NCBI GenBank assembly: GCA_016748015.1
Contig: JAAOMT010000727.1
Coordinates: 344,203-408,202 of the forward strand
Direction: 5' to 3'
Source: Geosiphon pyriformis uo1
Taxonomy: Eukaryota; Fungi; Glomeromycota
DNA: 64,000 nt
Both the position numbers and the translations under genes were made by a program. How positions within the stretch are numbered: the stretch's first letter is position 1; each line of letters opens with the position of its first letter. Of the stretch, positions 25,344 to 39,000 are shown in pieces. The notes beneath the pieces are model-generated. The model made no database searches. It saw only the letters and a program-made list of their open reading frames with translations, and had not been told where the DNA came from.

Positions 25344-28300
25344 CTATATTCATTTTTTGATTTTATGAAAAAAAAATTATCAATAGCTAACATCTAAGAC
25401 TAAGCTGGAAAATTAATAATCTGAATGTATTCAATTTCTTAACCAGTTTATTAACTTGTTTTATAAAGCTAGTAAAATTGTACTCAAAAATAACAAATCT
25501 ATTATTTATTTCTATAGACACTAGTAAAAAAATTTAATATACAAATAAAAGCCAATAACTACAAAAATTGAAGACATTATATAAAAAAAAGCATTACTAA
25601 TAATTTGTGTCTATGTTTTACTATAAAAAAAACTGGTCAAATAATTAAAGTCTGTTTTTTCTTATATATATTGATTAATTATACACAATTTTAAAAGGTA
25701 ATTAGCTTTTTATTGTAATTATCAGAATTTCTATCATAAAACACCAACAAATTAAAATGATTATAAGCATTAGTCTTAATTAACAAGATATATAATAAGA
25801 CTTAATAACAATTTTTTAATACTTATTTTTGTTTATTATTAATGAACTTAATTATATAAACAGAATTTTTTCTTATAAAAACAAACTATTTAGTCATAAT
25901 TAAATTAATAATATTAACAGATTTAAATTTAACTAGAATTTTTTTTTAAAGATCAATAAGCTATATATTAATAGATATTATCTTATTAAATTTAGAAAAA
26001 ACTAATTTTATGGTCAATTTAAAAAAATTAATTGAAATCTTTTTAATAATTACTTTCCAATTTGTACAACTGTTTATCTTTTTAATATTATTATTAACCA
26101 AAATTTTTTACTAATTGTCATATTTTTAGTTTTTTTAAATTTAACTTTAATATAAAAGATAATCTAATAATTCTTAAGAATTTTAAAAAAGTAGATATTT
26201 TTCTAAAACCACTAACATAATAAAAATTTTTTTTCACAACTAACAATTTATCACCCAAAGTTTTTTCAGATACAAGAAAAAGCTTAATACCCAATACAAA
26301 AAATTTTATTATATCAAAATTCTATTTTTTTAAAACATGTAATTTAACCAATAGCAATTACTTAAAGCCAACAAATTTAGAAGCTAAAAACATTAAAATA
26401 TTGTTATTATTACTAAAATTATTAAATAAAAAAGCCTTTGGTAAGTAATTTAACATATATGTTTGAGTACAAGTTTTTTTAGATATAATATTATTTATAT
26501 TTTTATTAATTATTAAAGCATTTGAATCTGCATAACTGGTTTTCTTAACAAATATATTTTTTATATTTTTTATATTCAACAAACTGCTAATATTACTTGT
26601 TTTGTTACCAACTTCATTTTTCTAAAATTTTACAGATTTTAAATTAGAGCCACCAATATTTTTAAGACTTAAAGTACTAACAGACAAATTAACTATATTA
26701 TTACTAACTTTAAGTCTCTTTGGCTTCTTATAAAATATACTGTAAAAATATATATTTTTTACATATTTTTTTTTGGTGCTTGAATAAGTTTTTAAACCAG
26801 TTAAACCAAAATTAAAACTATTAGCAAAAAAGCTTATTAGATTAATTACAATAAAAATTAGTGTATTAAAAAAAATAATTAAAAAAAAAAGAGAAAAAAA
26901 AAATAAAAAAAACTATTCTTTTAACAACTTTATGCTTTTATTGTAATCAGAAAATCAACAAAAAAAAAGTTTTTTTTATAAAATTTTTTTAATATGTTAA
27001 TTAATTTATATAGTTTATTTTATATATATTTTAAAAAATAGCAGTTTTATTAATTAATTTTGGTTTAAAAAGAATATTGTTTAATTTTTAAATTTTTTTT
27101 ATTGCAATAAGCATTTTCAATAATTTAAATATATATTATAATCTTAATTGGCTTAAATAATTAATTATGTATAAAAAAATATATTTTTATTATATATTAT
27201 AATAAATAATATTTATTAATATAAATAATAAATAATTGTTTAAATAATTATTTTAAAAAAGTATTAATTACAAATAATAGCATTATATTTTAGTTAAATA
27301 TTAATTTTTTAATTGTTTTATTATTTTAGTAAAAATATACAATTTTATTAAGACTAATATAAAAATCAAAAATAGCTGTATTTATATTTAATTAAATATA
27401 AGTTTTTAAGTTATTATTATTATTATTAAAAGTTTAATTTTCTAATATATTAAAAATAATTGTTAATTAAGAATTCTGGTTTTTAATATAATTTAATAAT
27501 TAATTAATTCTAATAAAAAAACAAATTCTTAAAATTATTATAATTAATTCAAATTTAAAATAAATTATTATATAAAAATAATTAGTATTTTTTTATTATA
27601 ATTTTAAAATTAAATATACAATAATGCATGAAAAAATTTATACATAATATTCTTATTAAACAAAGCTTATTTTTAAAAATTAATACTTTAAAAAAATAAT
27701 AATATTATCTAGTTATATTATTATTTTATTAGTTAGATTAATTATTAATTTAAGTTATATTATTATTGTTATTAATTACATCATTAATTTTCTAGTTAGT
27801 TTTTCATTTAATTAATTATTTTTCTAGTTGTATTATTATTATTAATTAATTATTCAATAGTAATTACTTTTTTATATTATTATTTATTCTTAATGATTTT
27901 TTTTTTAGAATATTTGAATTTAAAGATTTTTATATTTACTTCTAATTCAAGTAACAAATTTTTTTATTTTATTTTACTAGTAAGAATTATAATTAAATAA
28001 AAATATATATTTACTTGGTAATTTGTAAGCATTTATTATTATTTTATTTAATGTTATAATTATATATAATATTTTTTGCATAACATTTAATTTTAACATT
28101 GTGTCTTTTGAGATTTTACCATTTTAGAATTTTGAAATCTAGGAATTTCATTTAACAAGGGTTTATAATTTATTATATTGGTAAAATATAATTACCATAA
28201 TTAATAACTAATCTTATTATTTTATGTATAAAGTTTTATAAGGAATTATTAATTGAATAAAAGTTGATTGTTACATATTTGAATGATTAAATTAATATTA

Positions 28301-28389
28301 TTATCTAGTATTAACGAAAATTATCTTGCTTTTATTATTGTTTTTTTACCCTATATTAATGTAGTCTCTTCCCTATTTACGTACTTATG

Positions 28390-29270
28390 TCTAAGTATAG
28401 CCACCAAACTACATCTAACACTACTTCATCGCCATTTAACTCTACTATACCATAGAAATGTTCTCAGCACTTTCTCATACCCAAATTACGGATCAAACAA
28501 GATTTCGCCGTCGGCAGCCAGATTTTTCCCTATGCTCCACAACCACAGTTGTCACCAACTCCCTGATTAACATAGGTGCCTCTTCATAGGCGTTTAGCTT
28601 CCTCGCACCAATCCTTTAGCCAAAAGAACATATTCAAAACGTCATAACTCAGATCTATTTCAAATTGATTCGCCTTCATAGATGTAACGTCGCTCAGAAC
28701 TTTGGAGCCCTGAGACTCAGCACCCAACCTTCGTCAACGGTTCCAAACAGCGTTAAGTATCTTGATCCTTGTATTCCTATCCCACACATTGATAAACGTG
28801 GTCAGAATGATCTACCTATCGTACATCCTTTTCCTTTCGGCCAAAGGAGAATTGCTTTCATAACATACGTACGGTAATTTGAAGTGGCTCTACTTTTCGG
28901 ACCCGCCATAAGACCAAAAGGCCTCAACCTCTATGCGAAACTAAAATCAAGAAAGAAATCGGATAGATTAATATTTTAACTTGACTTTTCAACATTTCAA
29001 ATTATGCCCTCATTATCATTAATAGAATGCTTATAAGCGACTGACTTAGCAATAAAACAATCAGCCACTTTGTTCAAAAGTTCCTTTCGTACTCCCAGGG
29101 GGTTTAACCGTTTAACATTAATCATATACTTAGGCACTAGAGCGTTAAGATGTCCTTTTACCCATAAATTCCGAAAGAATGAAGTAACCCTTTATACAAC
29201 GTTTCTTTCGGGGGTTCACGTGTAGTCAAATACCCAGGGACCAGAGTGCCAGGATATCATTTTACCCACA
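28390..29270 (-). pseudogene. Possible pseudogene of unknown family
   Basis: GC- and CpG-retaining block; protein-like minus-strand frame broken by several stops; candidate intron acceptor TTGATTTTAG at about 28941. Confidence 0.3.
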
Positions 29271-29516
29271 AGCTTTGGTATTCACAGCTAATGCTCTTAT
29301 GAATAATCATTGGGCAACAAGTTAAAAAAGATTACTTGCTTATTTTTGGTAAAGATCAATCATGCATGGTGATCATGACATCAATCTGACAGATTGCAAA
29401 TCCCTTTAACCCTATTAAATAGGAATTATACGCAGACAAAAGTAGCAAATGAAAGGATTTAAAGACTATAAATAAAATAATTTTTTTTTCATTTCACGCC
29501 AATTCTTTTTATTTCA

Positions 29517-31070
29517 ATGCCTCGGATTTCACAGGGTCTGCCTCAGAAACCGATGCGCGCAGTCTACAATCAACTACAGCGCAAAGAAGCTTTGGAATGC
29601 CCACGAAGTTCTGAAGTTCATATCAATAGTTCCCTCAATTGCACGTGGAATGGCGTTGAGCAAAATTCTGTGGTAAGTTTAGAGCCGCGAAAAATCTACA
29701 TTAATAAAGATAAAACTAAATTTTATAATCTTCAAAAGCTTGATCCGGAAATGGGAGCTTTTTCTAATGCTTCAAGTAAAAAATCGATGAACCCTGAAAA
29801 ATATTTGGTATTATTGATTTTTTACTTATTTTAAAAAAATCTTATCAGGTATACTTTTATACTACTGGATACAGCTGTACCAATTATTACAGCTTTGTTA
29901 TTTGGTTAATCGGGCAATGCACACTTTTGGGTTGGTGTAAGAAGGATGGGGCAACTCATATATTCAGCCTGGACAACACATCTTTTTGGTTTAATCAAGG
30001 CGCCACATAGTTATATAAGAATGGTTAAGGGAAAATTTGGGGAAGGAAGCAACCGATGAGACATGGAAATATTATAAACACAAGGTAAAGGGTTTTTTTT
30101 GCTAGTAAAAATGATTTATAAATCATATTTAAATATTTATAATATTAATTTTTTATTTTAGTGCAGTAATGAAATCAATGTAATTTGGAAAAATATGTCT
30201 CTTTGGAACAAAAAACACATTTTTTTCAATGCATTTTTCTCATTTGCTCAAGCCCTCATTCCCAAAGAAAGCTTTTTTGAAGAGCGTGAATATTCAATTT
30301 TGCCGAAAAAATCAAAGTAAAAAATTAAATTATTTTCAATTAAATAGCTTTTCAATCAATAACTTTTTAAATAATATCCTAGGAATATAAATCTGCTTAT
30401 TCAATTGATGAATCACTCTTAGGCCAATGCATTGATGCCATAATTATGGCAAAATTGCATAAACTTCCGCCTAATGAGTCCTTAAAGTCCGATCACGTGA
30501 TAACTGATTCAGTTCTACCATGTATATACAAGAGAAATGAAGAAGCTTTTGAACATTGGAAGAAATAAGTCCAGGCTTTAAACGAAAGTTTGGAAGTGTT
30601 ATACATTGAATATGCTAAGCTTAATGCAACAATGAAAAAGGCACAAATGGACCAAGAAAAATTGCACCAATTGGTGAAATTGAATTTGGATGAAGTTTCG
30701 CAACAATTTAGCAAAAAGTATCATTTAAAAATAACTCAAGATGTTGCCAAAGATATATATTTGAAATATCTTTATTAACAATCCAAGCAACATGTAAGTT
30801 TTAATAAAGTCTTACATGCAATTTACAAATATTCAATTAACAAGCTTTTTTTGTCATAGCAACCATGTTAAACTTCATTATAAGCGATCAAAAAGCCCAT
30901 CCTCTAATACGCAGCACCCTCTTAACCGTAAAAAAGGTATTATATGAAAAGACAACAATTCAGAAAATATTACCTTGAAAGAAAAAAGAGGAAGAAAACT
31001 CTGTTCAGCATTATGGCAAACACCGACCATTATCAAAGAAATCAATGAAAAATGGAAAAACTTACTTTTA
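29517..31070 (+). pseudogene. Multi-exon gene or pseudogene, partly coiled-coil, unknown function
   Basis: GT..AG introns at about 30084-30161, 30317-30382 and 30794-30859; frame EYKSAYSIDE...FEHWKK-stop-VQALNESLE...KYLY-stop shows premature stops. Confidence 0.45.
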
Positions 31071-31362
31071 AAATTAGACCGCTCGGAGCCGTTAAAGGCT
31101 TGAAATCGTTACAACCTAACACGATCCATAGCAGATTTTTAAAGATTCGAGCCCGGCATGTTTGATCCAATTAGCTATGATTAATACTAAAGCTAGCTTT
31201 ATTAAAAAATTTAGTTGGAATTGGAAATAGAAAGTTCAGTCAAAAATTTTCCCAGCATTTAATAAACTATAAATAATAAATCTTTCAAAATCTCAATTTA
31301 AATCTGTATATTGAAACCCTAATAAGGTCGTTTCCCCAAAAGCTAAAAGCATAACAAATCTT

Positions 31363-32529
31363 TCAACGTAAATCCTCAGCTTCCAGCCCCTTTCTAACCT
31401 TTAATAGCACCTCAATTTGCCATGGAGGTAATGGAGTAAATTGATCATAATCTCGGCAAGACGTAACAAACGCAGATAAGTCATAGGTGTTTTTCGCCTC
31501 GACAAGTTTCCTGATCAAAGTCGATTCCCGGCTATCAGCAAATGATGGATATAATTGATTTAACTCTTCAAATCTTCTCTCTAGCCTAACCCAATCATCT
31601 AAGGCAATGAGACAAATACATTGCAGGAATACATAATCTTTTATTTTGAAACTCTGTACTCTATCATCGGCTGCAGTTTCAGCGATGGTATCTAAGAGCC
31701 GAATAGCTTTCTCATAATGGCCAATTTCGGCTGTCAATTCTGCTTGTGAAATCAACGAATAAAGATGACGACCATCCCCCTCTTCCTCAAACAAGTCAGC
31801 GGCTTTTTGATGCATCGCTAAGGCTTTTTCTAAATCTCTATGTTCACTATTCGTCTTTTTATAAAGTACCGCGAGTTGTTCATAGACACGAGCAGCACGA
31901 GTGGCTTGTTGATTACGCAATTCGTAAATAGTTGCGGCAATCTCTAACGCCTCTAATGCCTTTCCCGTTTTTTTTGTCTGCTGAAAAGCTTTATAGGCAT
32001 CTTCATAACAAGCGGCTGCATCCAATTGATTATTATCACCGCCTGCATTCTGAAACCGTTTAGCAGCCAATAAAAAATGCTTCGCAGCGGTGTCATAATC
32101 TCGCTTTACTTTGGCTTTAATCGCCGTTTCCCTATCCACATTAGCCCTATCTTCTAGAACTTGTAATTCTGTAGCTTCCTCCAACTTCAGTTGTTGACTC
32201 TTGCTGCCTTGACCACCAATGAACCAATTTCCAAAAGGCTTTTTTTTACCATCCTCAACGATCACAACTTGACTTAATAGAAACCAAAAACTAAATAAAC
32301 CGAGATAAGCTGCAGTGCCGTTTTGAAGCGTAACAATACTAAAACAGAAATAATCATTATGTTTAAACACTGGTACTCGAGGTTTGCTGCTCAGAAGGTT
32401 TGTCAAGAATCCAGAAACTCCATCTTTAGGCTTTGTGTCTGATGTAAAATACGCATGAAATGAGCTGGCGTCTGGATTGGTTTTATACGCAATAAAGAGA
32501 ACTATAAAGAAAAATATCCAGCCGAGCAT
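31363..32529 (-). CDS. Alpha-SNAP/Sec17-like protein with N-terminal membrane domain (388 aa from the first ATG)
   Basis: Intact single-exon ORF; SNAP motifs DAAACYEDAYKAF, RAARVYEQLA, KAADLFEEEG, KIKDY, YPSFADSRE, YDQFTPLPPWQ, C-terminal EDLR; hydrophobic LGWIFFFIVLFIAY and AYLGLFSFWFLL. The ORF-track start at 32586 is a TTG. Confidence 0.88.
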   Translation of the reverse strand: MLGWIFFFIVLFIAYKTNPDASSFHAYFTSDTKPKDGVSGFLTNLLSSKPRVPVFKHNDYFCFSIVTLQNGTAAYLGLFSFWFLLSQVVIVEDGKKKPFGNWFIGGQGSKSQQLKLEEATELQVLEDRANVDRETAIKAKVKRDYDTAAKHFLLAAKRFQNAGGDNNQLDAAACYEDAYKAFQQTKKTGKALEALEIAATIYELRNQQATRAARVYEQLAVLYKKTNSEHRDLEKALAMHQKAADLFEEEGDGRHLYSLISQAELTAEIGHYEKAIRLLDTIAETAADDRVQSFKIKDYVFLQCICLIALDDWVRLERRFEELNQLYPSFADSRESTLIRKLVEAKNTYDLSAFVTSCRDYDQFTPLPPWQIEVLLKVRKGLEAEDLR

Positions 32530-34451
32530 ATCCAAGATTTTCGATTTGATGTTTTGACAAGAGGGTTTGGTTGATGATTTTTCCAAACAGACCTATTTAA
32601 CTTTTGTTGGATTGAAAAGTTTGATTAGTAATGCCACAATTGAATAAAAAATCTCTCTTATTAGATGCCAAATATTGAGCCTTAATCCCTTCAAGACTTT
32701 CTCCTTTAATATACATTTTCAAATGATCTCCAACTGAGGAAAACTCTTTAGCGGGAACATAGAATCTATGACTTGTCATAAAGTTCCGGAATCCTCTTTT
32801 GGTGGGAAATGTATAACTTGAAAAGTCTATTGTTAATGACGATTGCAGCTGATTATGAATAAAAAATTTTGATTTGTTTACTCGACAGTTGGCCGTTGGA
32901 TGATTTTCGAATTTTCCAGAATAAAATACATTATTAATACACTTGAAGACTAATTTGCCGCTCCGCGTTATAGACTAAATGTAAAGCGAAATATATGTTT
33001 AGCAAATACTGTTTTCACCTTTCTAAACAAATACAATTTTTAACAACACGAAACGATTATTCATTGAAACGTTGTGACGATTGGCTCTTTCCAAAAAAGT
33101 GCAATTGTTTAAAACACCTGAAGTAAAAACAATTCTACTCAATTAAAGATTGCGGATTTTCAATAATATTATTCAGACATGAAATTGAAAGTGCGGAGAA
33201 TTTTTCATCTTTTTGAAATAAATATACTTTAAAAAAGTTGAAGACGTGGTGATTACTTAAAAAAATTATATGTGTTGCTTTGGATTTGAATTTGTGAAAA
33301 AAAACAAGATACAACTTATAATTTTTTATTGTAATCAGAAAAATTTGCAAGCACACTATAAAAATTAAATAATTGTTAAAAAAATAGTATTTTAACTTTG
33401 CTATAAATATAATAAATTTTTGTTTCAAAAAAAACTTGAATATAATAGTTATTTTATTATTTAAACCAAAGTTTTTTTATTTTTTAGAATATAAAAAAAA
33501 TCACTCTTGATTTGTTTAATTCAAGTTTACATACATGTATAACTGGTTATAGTTTGAATAAATTTATTGATTCTAAAAAAAAAAAGTAAAACATTACAAA
33601 TTAATTTAATTATTTTCAATTTATAAAATTTTATTGTCTTATAAATAATTGTTATTATAAATTGACTAAATGGTTTTTTAAAAACTACCGTTGAATTTTA
33701 CACTCAAAAAAAATTAAATGTAAAAAAATTTTTAAATTATTTGAATTGTATACATAACTACTTCTTTGTTTTTGTTAATATTTAATTTACAAGACACATA
33801 AGCATTTATAATGTGTAATATAAAGCATGTATATTTTGGATGTATTTTAAATAGCAGTTGGATTACATTATATAAGCAATTATTTTCACAGGTTCAAATA
33901 TGTTCAGCAAATGATTTGCTGAAATAATAATACAAAAAAATATTTATGACTTTCTTATCTTTTTTCTTCGATAAAATTCTTATCTTGTCTGTTTAATTAA
34001 ATAAAGGAAATATCTCAGTATGTTTTTCCTTTTAACGATCAGTAATTTACAAAGTTAATAAATTTTTTATATCATGGCAATAATTCTTTAAAACAATAAA
34101 TGGGGATTATTTATTTATTTATTTAGTTATTTATTTTTAAATTAGAATTCACTTATGTACGAAAATCTTCAAAACAAGATTTGCTCATTCATCAATTCTT
34201 AATCACAGTAAGGTGATAATAAACAAAAATATTCGGATATTCGTTTCCAAGATCGGAATTTATTTTGTTCAATCTTAAACGGATAGCCCCTAGATCTTCT
34301 AATCCAAAAAAAATATTGATATAAATACTGTTAGAGAACATCTTAATGGTTTTGAGGTTAAAGACGGACAGATACCTATTATATTCAATTATCCACTACT
34401 CCAATTTTTACCCGTTCAATTCCTTAGTCTAAATTCAGACAGCGAAAAAAA

Positions 34452-36046
34452 ATGTCGAAGCAAAAGGTTTTCTATGTAGTTTTTGTAACACTTGTCTTGA
34501 ACTTGACCTATCTTTTGAACATATCAGTTCATTCATCACCAATTGACCAAAATTTTGGTCTTCCATCAGATTCACGAAATTCTTCATTGAATTTCGATGC
34601 AATAGGTAGTAGTTCACCAATTCCAGTCCAAGAACAATATTCATTAGAGCAAACATCCCCAAGTTTCGGGAACCAAGCGTCAATCATTCCTGACATCGGT
34701 GTTGATAGCTCAAGTTTATCAACGAACGATGAATCATTTAATCTAGGAGCTGCTTTATCAGATCCGTTAACTCCGGTTGAAAATGTAGCCCTATCGAGTT
34801 CCGATTCAACAGCAGGTGACCCTTTACTGAATTTTGGGGCAGGGCCTCAAGATACTACCTTGCAAGCAATGAATTCGTTAGATGTTCCCAATTTCGATTC
34901 AACAGCTTCACTGAATCTTGGGTCAGAGACTCAGGACACTACATTGCAAGCTCTGAATCCGTTAGGTGTTAATTTCGATATCAGTAATGACTTATTGGCA
35001 AATTCTGACAACGATCCAACAGCTAACGAAGCTCTTAAACCAATTACTAAAAATCAAGCAAATTCTTTTGAACAATATGCACAATTTGCACAAATTACTA
35101 ATTGCAAATCTAAATCAGTTGGTAAAATTTCAGCAAGAGCAGTTGCATCAGAAACAGCCCTATTGTTTGGTTTTGCTGGAGACGAAGATCATTTGAATGA
35201 ATACTTGAATAGTAGCGGCTCCACTTTAACTGAATATCCTGGAATTCCTGGTGCCAAAGTTCACGCTGAATTCTATAAAAATTATAAGCTGTGGGAGCAG
35301 GGAATTTTATCAAAAGCTGTTAAAGTTATTTCACAACGTCCAGAGATGAGTGTCTTTTTAATTGGATATAGCGTTGGTGGTGGTAATTGGATGATTTATT
35401 TTTTTTCTGAAACCTTATTAAATTATAATGATGATGCCACTAATTCAATATAAACTTTTATAGTTTACGCGCAGTTAGCCGCATTGGGATTAAGTACAGC
35501 ACTTAAAACACCCAATAAATTATATGTATTCACATACGGTCAACCACGAGTTGGTAACCCTGTATTGGCAGCAGCCATTGAGAAATCAGCTAAAGTGATA
35601 CGATTTACTTTTGGCCATGATACTGTACCCCGGTTACCGGTCGAATACGAGTCCCAAAGTTATACACATTCGGGTGTCGAGGTTTACACCAGTGGAGTGG
35701 ACGCAACTCCCAACTGGTGTCCTATTGACAAATCTTCAGGTGGATTGTCTACTGAGAGCAAGGTATCTACCTAGTCAGGATGTTTACTTAATTGGTGATA
35801 AATGGGAAGAAGGTTTCTGATTATCCTAAATCACTCTAACACTTACGCGTTTATTTATAAAAATAGGAATGTATCAATAAAGCTGATACCAAGGTTGAAA
35901 CCGATCATTTTGGCCCATATTTCAAAGTAAATTTTGACAATTGCGATAGCATTCCTAACGCATCTCCAACTGAACCCCCGGCTGGACAATCTTCAGGAAC
36001 TATAAAAGTCCCCCTAAGAGAATCCACACCTAATTCTCAACCATAA
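34452..36046 (+). CDS. Secreted class-3 (fungal triacylglycerol) lipase, 3 exons, 469 aa
   Basis: Exons 34452-35382, 35464-35762 and 35867-36046 join in frame with GT-AG introns; signal peptide; VHAEF, GYSVGG, TYGQPRVGN, HDTVPRLP, YTHSGVEV, DHFGPYF. Confidence 0.9.
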
Positions 36047-39000
36047 TCAGATGATAAGGGGATTGGTTTAAGTTTTTAATATCTTCAAGGCCAAGCTTTT
36101 TCTTTGAAAAATGATACTTGGGATTAAATTATTTCTTTTAATTTCTGTCACTATGTCAGAGGACTGTTTTTAATGTATTGTCAAATATTGATTTAATTTT
36201 CTCGACCTATTTGTAAAGTTTATTTACAAAATATGGGTTTCTGCGACAGTCTTCAAGACTGGTAATTTAATAATATTTGGCATATTCTCACACCTAGATT
36301 GTCAAAAATTTAATACTTGATATCTTGAACTTGGGCAATTTTTTGAAACTTGACAAAAGACATCTTACCGACAAGGTTTAGCAGAGTGGAATTTGAATAA
36401 AAAATATTGTGCAAAGGACTGGATTAATCAAATGTGTCAATTTTTAGATTCAGAATATTATTTTCAATAGACATTAATCTTTATATTTTTGTATAAAGTA
36501 TAGGCCGAGTAAAATATTTTAGCGATCTTAAGTTTAATTTAAAAAATACTTACCAAAAAAACTTTTACTAACATATTAAAACTATGTATTAATACAAATT
36601 GCATTAATTTAAAAATTTCGCGATATTCACCTTTTTTTTATACCAAATTTAGATTTTTTTGATCATTCCACTTACTTTAAAGTTTTTTTAAATCCAATAA
36701 AAAATTATGTATTCATTCATTTTAATTTCTATGTACTTTCTAATGCTTTTTGTTAAAAAGCTGTTTTTATTTCATTCATTAAAAATCTTATTAAGCAAAT
36801 TTTAGTTTTAAAAAATAAAAATTCCCCATTTTGAAATAAACAATAAAGATTATTAATTATTTATAAATTGTACCTGTCAATTATTGAAAACATATTTAAT
36901 TTTGACATTTTTTGACATTTTTTAACATGAAATGCAGTTATTAAAATTAATAATAGCAATATTCAATAACTTTTATTAGATGGTTGAGAAATTAATATTT
37001 GGATTATTAAAAGGCTTTTAAAATACATATTTTATAATAAATATCAAACAAATCTTGAATGAATAGTAATTTAAAATTATGCTTTTACTAATCAATAAAA
37101 TACCAATCTTTTTAAATTCTGGTATTTTATTAATAAAAATTTTCACATTACAGATATGTAATTTCTGATTTGAATCTTTAGCAAAAACACAAGATTCATA
37201 TATTAAAATAAGATATTTCTTATTGATTAAAATCAAGTTTTATAATTACCTTTGTTGTTTAAATATACAATTTAATGAAAAAAAATTTACTTTAGAAAAT
37301 CAAACTGAATTAAATTTCACCAATACATAAATTATAATACTCAAATTTGTAATATCTAATATAACTATATAAAATAAATTTTATTTTTATTATGTACTTA
37401 AAGACCAAGTTTTCAATAAAATCTTAATAAATTTTTTTTAAATTAAAAATTTTCAAAAAGATATTACCAAATCAATTCATATCTAATTTATGACAATAGA
37501 GTTATGCAAAATAATTAATGGCTGGACTACACAATAAACACACAAAAAATAACTTGTAAATAATTGTGAACAAAAAATTTTTTAATTGTAAAATTTTAAA
37601 ATCAATTGAAAAATAACCAAAATAATTAATACTAACAAGTAATTAATTTTTTATGTTCAACACTAAACAATTTAAGAAATTTTAAATAAATAATTTTGTT
37701 TGCTTCAAAGTATTTTGGCCAATATAAATTGTATGTTTTATTTTATTGCATAAATATATTTATAATAATAATTTTTTTTGATAAATATGAAGTATTTACA
37801 ATTTTAAAATTTTTTGTTACTACTAATAAATTTGCTTTAAATAATATTATTAATTAACTTAAAAGCTATATAATTAAACAATATGTAAAAAAGCTATAAA
37901 AAAATTTTGTTACTTTGCAGAAAACTTTATTTATGCTAATTTTTTTAAAAGTTACAAAATTTTGCATTGCATAACTTTTAATTTACAAAATTTTATTTTT
38001 TTATTCTTTTTTTAATTTTATTTTAAAATAATTTAACTATAAAAAAATTAAAAAAATCAAAAAATATTATGAAATAAAAAATTATTAAATTGGTTAATAA
38101 TATTTAAAAAAAGTAGTTTTAACTAAACAAATAAAAACTTTAATATTTTTAAAAAATTCATCATTTTTTAACATATCTTAAGTTTATTTTTATTACAAAA
38201 TAAATTATTTTTAAAAATTTTATCTGAAATTTCATAAAAATTATTTTTTATTATTATTTTATATTAAATAGTTATTAAAAATTTATAATTATTCAAAATC
38301 TTTTTAATCACATAATAAAAAATATTCTAATTATTAAAATAAAATTAAAGACAAAAATATTTTTTTGAAGATTAATTTAGAAATAATTTTATATTATTAC
38401 TTTAAAATAATCAAAATAAATTCATTTAAACAAATTTTTATTAATTATATAATAATAAAAAACAACAATAATTATTATAAATTTAAAAAACTGGTTAGCT
38501 AATTAACACTTTTAAAATAAATAATTAAAAAGATTTTTTTTAAAAGATAAAAGCTAAAATTTTATTATAAACTAAATTATGAATTCTATTTTGAAAATAA
38601 CAATATTATATTGATTAACAATAATTTCAAAAATAGTTCAAAGTATTATTTTATAAATACAACAAATTATAAGTATGCTATAATAATTAAGCTAAAAAAT
38701 CAATAGATAAAGTTTTTTAAATAATAAAAAAATTTTTTTTATTTAATTTAATATTATATTTTTTAAATTTTGTGTTACTTAGTTAAAATTTTTTTAATAA
38801 TAAAGTATTTTATATGCTATTATTTTATTACATATTATAAAATTAAAAAATAACTTTTTTATTTATTATAAATTAAAAACACTTAAGAAATTATAAGTTA
38901 TATTAATTTTTAAAATTTAGATTTTATTATAAATTAAAATTATAAAATGCTTTTTAATTAATAAAATTAGTAATACAACTTTTAAATATATGCTTGAGTT

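Larger units (their letters stand above)
11815..26985 (-). mobile_element. Ancient, heavily AT-mutated copy of the LINE at 41699-48618, split by two LTR insertions
   Basis: Collinear matches by eye: 11910~41790 (3' end), 13040~42910 (RNase H), 14710~44730 (RT), 17325~46490 (ORF1/ORF2 junction), 25990~47610 (ORF1), 26870-26985~48495-48610 (5' end). Confidence 0.85.

Noticed and set aside
29170-29420. AACCCT motifs as a telomerase RNA template
   Set aside because: No full CTAACCCTAA-type template or other supporting structure
32597-32779. 60-aa ORF upstream of the SNAP-like gene as an extra exon
   Set aside because: No convincing splice pair joining it in frame; at most a uORF
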